Positions 40,292 through 50,104 of a stretch of DNA of 64,000 nucleotides are shown piece by piece; the first letter of the stretch is position 1, and every line of letters begins with the position of its first letter. Under the pieces are notes generated by a model. The model was not told where the DNA came from. It ran no database searches and saw only the letters and a program-made list of their open reading frames with translations. The translations under genes were made by a program, and so were the position numbers. The stretch is from Dimorphilus gyrociliatus (Eukaryota > Animalia > Annelida), in the NCBI GenBank assembly GCA_904063045.1, contig CAJFCJ010000013.1:1594156-1658155 (forward strand), read 5' to 3'.

Positions 40292-43200
40292 AGTTGTCGT
40301 AGTATCGTTTGTGAGAATTATTATGTAACCCAACGTATTATTTTTTTACTTAGACTAAGCTGTATGTTTAAAGTTAGATATTTTTTTATTTATATTATGT
40401 ACGTAACTTTTTGAGCGAAGTGTAATTTTCATGTTCGTAACGAATATTTATAGTAACCAACATTCCGGTTGTGTTTGACTATTAATATCTACATAAATAC
40501 ATTTCGGCCTTATGCTAGCCAGTGTTTAATATGCTTGTACATGACACAAACAAACCGTAGTATTCGGGAGTGTAGTTGAAAAGTTTTGTCTTTATTTAAC
40601 ACCTTTATGAGGAATAACCACTAAACGATAATATACTTGGATTTTAATTATATATTGTATGTCTATATATACAACTCTTTTGGTGGATACTTCTACTTGC
40701 CAGTGAACAACTGTACGTTATTCGAATCTAGAAAACATTAAAGGGCTTCTGTAATCTTACTTTTTTTTTTTTTTTTAGTTTTTTTTTAAGCCTATATATA
40801 CTTGATAAAAAAAGAAAAAGAAGAAATAAAATTTCAAAGAAATTTTACCGTCCCATTTTTGTCCAATGATAAAAAAAATTAAGGTTGATAGCTAATAGAA
40901 AAATAATTTTAATCCAGTCATGTATCTATCGATTATTAAATCTCCTTTATGGATTTTTTTCCTTTTTAGAACTATAAATTAAAATCAATTACTTAACCGC
41001 AAAAAACAAAAAAAAAGATTATTAAATTTAGACATTACTATCGTAAACAATGCTAAAAATATGTAAATGACCCTTTTTTTGAATCTATATTATAAACTTG
41101 TTAGAATAAAGAATCCAGATTTTTTTTTTTTTGATAAAATTATTCACTTTTTTTCAAGTCATTAAAGTTATAAATATATCCTTTTTCTTTTCGCTACTAA
41201 ATATAACTAAGACAATAAATCTTTCTTAGTTTAATGGATAGCAGATGTCTAGGCTTAGCTACTAGAAATAAAAAAGGGGGCGGGGAGGGAGAGAGGGGGT
41301 TTTGAGGACGTACGTTTATAAAGATTAACCAAGAAGCCAACAGATGGCATAAGTAGCAATATTTGATGAGATTTTCACTACGTACCTTATTTAAACTTAT
41401 ACAGTACATGCAATATTTGAAAATATGGAATATTTTTTATATTATTCAAAAAAATGAGAGATAAAAGTATCCTAATAGAAACCTTGCTTTCATTTCTACA
41501 AGATATTCTTTTATAGTTCTATTCAATTCAAATATGTATAAATATAAAGAACGAATAAAAAAGAAGAAAACGTTAAATAATCACAGTTTTATGCCTTTAA
41601 AACTATTTTTTATAACTATATAATTATCTACAATACCTATCTGAACCTATCGTACATTCTAGCACCCTATAGTATATATTATATATTAATTTTTGTTGAT
41701 TTCGATAATCGATCTATTGGAATTGACTCATAATTTATTTTTGGCTATAGCACTAAAAGAATATGTAAGAAGGTTGTCATGAACTACTACCCTGGGAATT
41801 GTTAGCCCACGCAAGATATGGTAGCCTTGCCAAATGAAGAGAAAAACAGAAAACAGCATTAAGTTCTTAAAAAAGAACATTTTTTCTCGTTAATCCCTTT
41901 TAATGACGTAATTAATCCCAGGAGAAGTTTTGAAATTGTTATAAGGAAGTCATGTCATATGGCGAGATGGTAAGACTAGACAGTTGTATAGTTTAGAGAG
42001 AGAGAGAGAGGTACTATTAATATTTTAAGGAGGATGGTTAAGAGAGTGATTAAGCGGAAGAGGAAAAAGGATAGACTATTTTCTTTTATAGGTTAAACTA
42101 GAATAGGAAATTTTTTGAATAAACAACGACAAATGCTTGACAATTAATCCTTCTTACTTAGTTCATCTAAAACGGATCAACTTCACTAAATTTGTTTTAA
42201 AAGAGCTACAGGCTTTTCCTTTAATTCCAACGTAATAAAATCCGATTACTCCTATAATCATGATAGTAAATTTTAGTTTATCTTCTTCGCTAATATTTTA
42301 CAAGTTTATTAATTACAAAAGAATATTTTATGTCAACCTCATCATTCTTTAAAATTCCACCCTTCCCTCTTACATCCTTTCCTAAGCCGTTCCTTAATGA
42401 GTCTCTATTTAAATGACACGAGTAAAGGCTGATTTCAGTTTTCAACTATTTTATACAGTATACACAAGGAACCAAGAGTGAAAATAGATACATTTATCAT
42501 TTATTCATAGATCTTTGCTTATTCATCAATTATAAAAAAAAACGCTAGATGGAAATCAAGTATCAAGATTTTCTTATTATTTCTATATTTATATTTAAAG
42601 AAGAGATTTCCTATAAAGTAATCCTTGTCTATTTTTAAGTGATGAAAGCTGATATGAAGCTGATACCAAATCAAATATTTTGATTTTTGCCTTTCGCGTG
42701 ATTCTTTATAATTCGATTTTGTTGTTTATCAATAGCGTCTGTTTAAAGACAAGGCCATAAATTGCATTTGTCAATTATCAATCAAATTTGTTCAGTGGTT
42801 TACTGCCATTAGTGCATAGGTCTTTTGTTAAAATCAAATAATTGATGATTACCTCTTTTACTTAATGCCTTCTGTGATTGATTTAGACATATTATAAAAC
42901 AGTCAAAACTACTCAATATCATATATCTAACTCTATCTGTTATTTTATTGCGTAAAGTTAGCAAATAAATATAAAAATATGGTTAAAACCAGTTACCGAC
43001 CTCACATACAGAATAGGCTTAGAGAAAATCGGTCAACCGATCCTTTATTATTTACATTCAAATACTGCACAGATCGTATAGAACGTTAACAGTGTATAGT
43101 AAATGGAACAAAAAGCTAGATATATTAATAGTGCAACTAATGAAGAATAAATCTCCACTTGAATAAGCTTAATACGAATTTTTTAATAACTGGATACTGT

Positions 43201-43853
43201 AAATATAAATTCTTTTAAGCGTTAACCTCATTTATTTCACTATTTTCGTGGGTGAAATGGCATCTCTATTTTTTTTCCTGTTTACTGAAAAAGCGAAAAT
43301 TCTAAAAATAGACAACATCCAAACTCCACTAATAGGCGTTCAATGAACTTTAAATACATACATTTCATTACTAGCCTTGAAAGCTACCATATTCTTCTAA
43401 ATGTATTATTTTTGTTCTATATTTCGAACATTTAAAATGGACTAAAAAATAACTAGAACATAAACACTTTCCTTCTATATTGAATGTTTTACTCAAGAAG
43501 AAATTTATTTTTAAAGAATATTCTCTTTTATTTATACACAGAATACTGTATAAAATATACTGTATATTGATACTAAATCTATTCAATAATATGATTGTAT
43601 ATAATACATATAATAATATAAATAATCTTTGATTTTCCTGAAGAAAGCACAATTTGTACCGTGTAAAACTTGTAAAACGAATAAAAACTGACATTTATAA
43701 TAAGCAGTGACAAGCTGTCTAAGCTGGTATAACAGATATAGAAAAAAATTCTTATTTCTTAATCTTTTTCTTCTTTTGTTCTCTTCTTTGAAACACAGTG
43801 TTTCATAGTCAATTTTTGAAGGAGCTTGAAGAAGAAAGTGTCGAGAAAGAAGC

Positions 43854-43857
<4 letters not shown>

Positions 43858-43884
<27 letters not shown>

Positions 43885-43923
43885 AGGGGGAGAATATATA
43901 TACAGTATATATATATATATATA
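43858..43923. repeat. Compound (AG)n and (TA)n microsatellite in the YPEL 3' region
   Basis: An AG run followed by a TA run that contains TACAGTA at 43901-43907. Confidence 0.92.
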
Positions 43924-43984
43924 TTTGATCAAATAAAGTTTAGGAGAATGAAGAGTGAATGATTAGAGTTGAGTATAAATTTTA

Positions 43985-44580
43985 TCATTCCTCCCATCCA
44001 TTATCTTTTATCATATGAGCAAGTTCAATAATAAACTTTCCTTCTTTGTACTTTTGGCTCGATTCGAAAGCATGTTCCTGTTCATATCGATAAATTATTT
44101 TAAAAAAATACTTGGTAACACAAGTATTATTTTACATGTCCTACTTAACATACTGTTATCATTTTAATACTATTGCGCAATAACTATACTCTACACAAAT
44201 TTCGTATATTGAATAAGTAAAGTCATAAATATTATCATGAATCATTTGCTTACTTTACCAAGTACAAAGTAATACCTTATTTCAATTATCGTGGCGATCG
44301 AAGGTGATCAATTTTAGCTTGTTGTTTATGTTTAGGAATATTAATTAAATTACGCTCCTTTATCAATGATTCACTTATGATTCCCTAGAAAATATGCAAA
44401 TACGTCGATAAAAAGGTATGTAGGCTTAACAACAAAGGTAGGTAAAAAAATAGGGAAGTCTATAGAAATGGGCTTGCCTAATATAGTAGAGGAAAACGGT
44501 TATTCAAAAACGTTTTGTAAAACACCTTTATATAACGATTAAAATAGAAATGAGAAATAAAGAGAAATGAGAGACAGGAT

Positions 44581-44618
<38 letters not shown>

Positions 44619-45779
44619 TAATTGAAAGAAATAATTGCAATATAGCAAAGAAAAAAAATGAAAACAACAAGAGCAAAATAGACTCTGATAGTAGAGGAAT
44701 ATACCGCAATGAATAATTCACGATGTCATTTTAATAATATAATCAAGTCAATGAAGGCCGTTCAAGGTGACTCCTACTTGACAGAAAATAAGTATTTCTA
44801 GGAAATCGTACCCCATTCTGCCTGATATTTGCAATTAATTACTAGCTTACAAGGGAAAGAGATTAGTAAAAAAAAAGAGAAAATAGGGTGAAAGGATGCT
44901 AATTAAAAGTGAACTTTCTCTTTCGTCGTAATTTAAATCTAGTCTCTGTCGATTTTCGTTACAAAACAAATTTACTCTACAATTCGAAATGAAAAGGAGC
45001 TTGACCGATATATTGAATTATCTATCATCCTAAACATCATTAATCTTGTAGCGTATTACTGTTGATTAATGCTTAATAACGGTAAATTTTTCTTACGTAT
45101 TTCCATCCCAGAGTTGTTTTACAACATTCACAAAATATATCGGCAACCGAATGCAGTCCTGTTAACAAAACCCGATCTTCGCACTGGCTCTGGCCTATAT
45201 TCACCCTGTAAAAAAACGTAAATAGACACTACATTAATAATTTTGGGCCTAGCTGATATGTAAACAAGGTACTATCTAGGTAACTACGGTTAAAAATAAT
45301 AATAGAAGAGTGAAACAAGCTGAGGCCTATTTTTTTTTCAAGTTATTGATCTTTAACAAGTTGATGAATTGTATTATTAAGATAAAAAAGAATAAAATAG
45401 ATAAATAAATTGACGGGGAGATAGAGAAAAGAATAAGCAAGAATAAAGGGAATAGTACTTAAAAAACACGAAACTTATTCTACTCATAAAAAAGATAAAG
45501 ATACTAACACTGAATTGAAGAGATAAGCCCTTCCTTGACTGCCTTGGAAAGACTGTAAAAAAAATAAAAACAATGAGAATACAAGTTATTCGTCTAAAAA
45601 TAACTTCAACTTAAAGTCATTAGGTTACAAGGCAACGTCCTCGAGACAAATCTCTAGGAAAAGAATTTACTCACTTTAGATATAAGGTCATCGTGGTTTG
45701 CCAAATGAGCTCTACAATGAAGGCAACTGTATGTTCGATGACATTGAGAGGGTAAATACGCTTGGAACGTTTTCACCAT
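43985..45779 (-). CDS. YPEL: Yippee-like protein (YPEL1-4 type), four exons: 45779-45675, 45552-45509, 45205-45097, 44077-43985
   Basis: Spliced translation is [116 protein letters not shown]. Missed by the ORF track because the exons are short. Confidence 0.97.
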
Positions 45780-46952
45780 AATTTAAATTTTTTTTTAATT
45801 GCTGATTTCAATTTTTTTAAAGGACAACTATTCAATAGATAATCTTGATAGATAGGCTGTTATATTTTACCAGTATTGCACAATGTTTTTTACCAGCGTG
45901 CAGATATTTTTTTTCTCTAAAAAGAACAAAATACACAAAAAACGTATTAGAATTCGTTCTTTTTTTATGTCCAATACAAAAATCAATTAATTAACGTTAA
46001 GTATAGCTTCGTATAAGACTAAATAAATAAGAAACAACTGTAAAACCTACCTGGATGTAAAAAAATAAGATTGTGATTCTGCTGAACGTATGTGTTTGTT
46101 TACTTCTCTAACAGACCAGCTGTTCTGGCAAGCGGTTATATTATGTAAATAGTATGCAAATTTATCTATAACCAATCAACGTAAGTTTTACAACTTTGTT
46201 TTTGTAATACAAGATTTACGCTTAATTTTAGATATTGGACTTATTCGTTTTAAGGATCAGTTTCATTCGGACTTTATTGATAATTTTTCTTAAAAAATAT
46301 TAATAATTGTTCTTTTTTCAGCGCTTTTATTATATTATAAAATTAATCAAAACAGATGGCAGCTCTGTACTATAGTGTGAAGACTGATTAGTTTTTGAAG
46401 TGATGATATATATTGCGACAAAATGTAATATAACGCCTCAACTTTAAAATAGAAACTGTTAAAAGCACTCTAAATTTTGACAAAAACATCAGTCAATTTG
46501 TTCATTTGGCAAAAAATAGCATTACCCAAACAAAACAATATATCTACCTCGTCTTTCATCTTTTGTATACTTTTTCACGAGTTTAATAACCAATTTATAA
46601 CAGATGGCAGTACTGTCGTAAAAAAGTACCGATAAAAAAAACAACATATAATTTTTTCAACAAAGAAAATATGGTAAAATAAAAGGTTAAAAAGTAAAAT
46701 AATTTGAAAAAATGGATAGATTATTAAATATTTAATCTAAGAAATATATAAAACGTTAATAATTAGTATGATTGTTGGAGTTAAGTTGCTTTGGAGAACA
46801 ACACTACTTCCTCATAGGACTTTTATATAAAAAATTGTAAGGTTAATACGTAAATAATATAAGTGAGGCCTTTATAACAGTGGAATTTGAACTCTGTCTT
46901 CGACATTCTGTTAAAAAATAGTGTAAATGGTATGGAGTAGCTTACGGAAAAT

Positions 46953-47762
46953 ATGACATCGTTTCTTATTAAGTTACCCCTGCTAATCTTTGGATTAATA
47001 AGGGTCACTATCGAGTATTTGCAACTCGTTATCAATCTATGGAGAATGGATAAGGAGAAAAAGGAGAAAGTTCTCTACGACTTCCATGTAAAATCCAATA
47101 CTCATTTATCTCCTATTAAGTACAATGAAGTTGGTGTTACAATTGGTTCTTGGGAAATGTACAAGTATATTATCCGTAAGCAAATCGATTTAGAATTGTA
47201 CGGTAAATATTGTCAAGTAGGTTTACCAGCACCGAATCCTTCTGTTATTGAAGTTCGTGGAAAAATATCGAATTCCATCAAACAAAAGAAGAGTTTACTA
47301 TCCTTTGCTAATTCAGCAAGACCCTTAGTTATTAATTTTGGAAGTTGTACCTGACCCCCGTTTATGGCTCAAGTTGAGCATTTTATGAAAGTTGTTCATA
47401 ATTATTCAGATATAGTTGATTTTATTACAATATATATATCGGAGGCTCACGCAACGGACCAATGGCAGTTTGCTACTAATCCATTCAAAGTGAGATCGCA
47501 TAGATCTCTCGATGAGAGGATTACAGCCACATTTTTATTAAGAAAGGAATACGAAAAATACGGCTGGACTGAGTCGATGATGAAAATATCTGCAGATCCA
47601 ATGAATAATGAGGCTAGGAAGATGTATACAGCCTTACCAGAAAGATTTGGAGTTATTAGAAATGAAAAAATTGAATTCCTAAGTAAAGTCGGCTCTGAAT
47701 TTTACGTTGTTAGCAAACTAGAAGAATGGTTGCAAGCTTACCGTCTATCGCTAAATCAGTAA
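46953..47762 (+). CDS. DIO: Iodothyronine deiodinase-like selenoprotein, intronless, 269 aa with Sec at TGA 47352-47354
   Basis: The ORF-track pieces 46953-47354 and 47364-47762 are in one frame, joined by TTT GGA AGT TGT ACC TGA CCC CCG TTT ATG (FGSCT-U-PPFM). Also RPLVINFG, YISEAHATDQW, YTALPERF and an N-terminal hydrophobic anchor. Confidence 0.95.
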
Positions 47763-47891
47763 AGAAATATAACAACAATAGAATATCTATGCATATACAG
47801 TATTACTACGTAACAAAGATATTTTGTAAAAATCTTATCTTTTCTATCATTTGATAAACTGAATGAAGAGAAAATTTTTTAAGATACAACA

Positions 47892-47958
47892 CTTTATGAA
47901 TGACTAATATTATCAAAATCATAAAATATGATGGTAATACTACGATAATAATGTAAAG
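47892..47958 (+). ncRNA. SECIS element (eukaryotic form 2) in the deiodinase 3' UTR
   Basis: Helix I is CTTTAT/GTAAAG. The core is ATGA (47900-47903) with GA (47944-47945). Helix II is CTAATATTATC/GGTAATACTAC. An unpaired AAA sits at 47915-47917, with apical mini-helix ATCATA-aaa-TATGAT. AATAAA follows at 48062. Confidence 0.9.
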
Positions 47959-48130
47959 AGTTGTTTCCTTATTATATAATTCTCTGTTTTATTAAGAGGC
48001 AAGATTTTTAATTAATCAGTTCTCCCCTATCTATTAACTATTATATCATGATGATTAATTTAATAAAGAATAAGACGTTCTATATCAGTTCTAATTTGAT
48101 ATTAATAACTCTGTAACCATAGTCGGTGCC

Positions 48131-48187
48131 GATTGGATAGTTCCCTGCGTCTATAAATTTCTAGGCGTGCCGTACCAACGTCACATT
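48131..48187 (+). promoter_or_regulatory. Inverted CCAAT, TATA box and Inr-like element upstream of the small secreted-protein gene
   Basis: GATTGG at 48131-48136, TATAAA at 48152-48157 and TCACATT at 48181-48187, about 30 nt after the TATA; the ATG is at 48201. Confidence 0.55.
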
Positions 48188-48200
48188 TCAGACGTAAAAT

Positions 48201-49866
48201 ATGAAGAAGTTAGTTGTCCTTTCCTTGGCTATCATTATCGTTTTAGTTCGAACTGCTCCTTTAACGGAATTAGAAAAGAAGATTCTTTCAATTAACGATT
48301 TCGAAGAAAATCCTGAAAATGGTAAATTATTGTTTAAAATAAATAATCTTTCTCTTTATTATCATCAAAAAGATACTATTTTACTATTAAATAAAAGTCG
48401 TTTTAAAATTGTTCATTTCTCAAAAAGAGATAAATTCAGAGGGAGAGAGAGAGAGAGAAAAGGGGAGGAAGAGATTTAAGACTCGAATTTTCGGGAAAGC
48501 ACATTCTCTTAATCTTCTTTTATAATATTTTTGTTTGTTTTTTGTTTCAAAAACCGAGAATAGGAGAAGGTCTGCTTTTAACTTGACAGGCTTTTATCCC
48601 TTGTCCACATTATTATCTTTGATGAAATAGTCGCCAAAAATAAACATATTTTTATAATATCTGATCAAAATAAAGATATGAAAAATCCTTCTTTAAACTT
48701 TTCTCTCTCTCTCTCTTTCTCTCTACTGGTTATTTATTCTCCATTACTACCTTATTTTTCTTTGTCTTCCAAACAAGTAACTAAGTTCAAAAGTATAAAA
48801 AAAGCAATATCGAAACCCACATACAATAAGCAGTATACCGTATACATATAGATTGTATATATGTAAATATTCTAAATGAAGAGAGCATGTGTGATCATGA
48901 AATGACCAACCATTTGGGCATTTTCTTTCATATACAAATAATGATATGGAATACTTATCTATTTAAATTAATTCTATTATATATTTAAAAGTGATATAAG
49001 TAGTTTTTCATTTATGATAGATGTTTCTAATCAATTATTAGTTTCTATACAAAGTTGTAAATGTTTTTTTTAAATATGTCAACGTTTCTAAAAATACGGG
49101 AAAGGGGGAGAATCTATTGAATTATGTTTTGTTCCAGTTTTGGGAAGCCTTTAATATTTTATTATCGTTTAACATCATTTTTTTCTAACTTAAGTTTTAG
49201 AGATGCGTTAGAGGGAAAAGTCATTAAGTTTGGTCTCGGCTTATTATGGGATGCTCATATGTGGGGATCGAACCTGTGGGAGTTGGAGCGGTCAAACTTA
49301 ATGTATATGGAAATGTGTGAATGACCTAATAAAATTACTTTACTAGTGACAATTGCCCTAAAAGTATAATAATGTCTATTTAAACTATAAGCTTTTACTG
49401 TAAGTTCAATTTTGGTAACAATCAAATAAAACAGATAGAATGAAAAAGAGTAGGAAGGGGAGAAAGGGAATAAAGTGATAAGTTAAAAAGGAAAAAAAAC
49501 TAGATAGAACGAGATAGAACGTAAAGAATAGAATTAAAGGTAGAAAAATAATTATTTAAGATGAATTTAATATAATTAATAAGATAATCTATTGAACTTT
49601 TTACAATTGCGTCAAAACTTATAAAGTGTGTTTTTATACTAAAGAAACAAATAGAAGCAAATAGAAAATAAACTACTTTTTTCTACTTAAGGAATTAAAT
49701 TAAAATACCCATATTATTTTACACAGAGTTGCACTTTAGTCGGATACGAAAACAGCAAAAGGCACCTGTTCTTTGCGGAGGTGGCGGCGCTGCGAGAAAG
49801 AAATATGAATGTAATGATGGTTTAATGGGCGTTTGGTTAAGGCTCATTAAAAATAATGATTATTAG
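48201..49866 (+). CDS. Small secreted pro-peptide, 86 aa, two exons (48201-48321, 49727-49866)
   Basis: Signal peptide MKKLVVLSLAIIIVLVRTA, an acidic spacer, a phase-1 GT-AG junction, then LHFSRIRK-QQKAPVLCGGGGAARKKYECNDGLMGVWLRLIKNNDY*. AATAAA at 49874 lies just after the stop. Confidence 0.65.
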
Positions 49867-50104
49867 TTAAAGTAATAAACACAAAAACTATTGAAAAATA
49901 TCTTCGTTGTCTTAAAAATAATTTTAATTCAATTTCATTTTAAAAAAGTTAAATGTTTCCAAATTCAGCATATAACAAACAAAAAAGAGGTGAATACAGA
50001 ATTATTACACGCCTATTTTGCATAGTTTAATCGGTGGGTGTTTTCTGGTTTCGGCGTTAGTTTACAAACTAGTTTGCATTCGATCATTCCGCTTTAATTC
50101 GGTA

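Noticed and set aside
45683-45690. TAAGGTCA, an optimal thyroid-receptor half-site upstream of the deiodinase
   Set aside because: It lies inside YPEL coding exon 1 (the antisense of DDL), has no properly spaced second half-site, and an 8-mer like this is expected by chance in 64 kb.
47352-47354. TGA read as a true stop or a pseudogene lesion splitting two genes
   Set aside because: It lies exactly at the deiodinase Sec position, the frame continues, and a SECIS follows.
49264-49274. tRNA gene suggested by GGTTCGATCCC
   Set aside because: There is no A-box, acceptor stem or anticodon arm, and the T-stem does not pair. It is kept only as part of the hairpin finding.
49201-49324. ORF 49124-49324 as exon 2 of the secreted peptide
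   Set aside because: The best acceptor (49200) gives an immediate in-frame TAG, whereas the 49727 exon is in frame and is followed by AATAAA.
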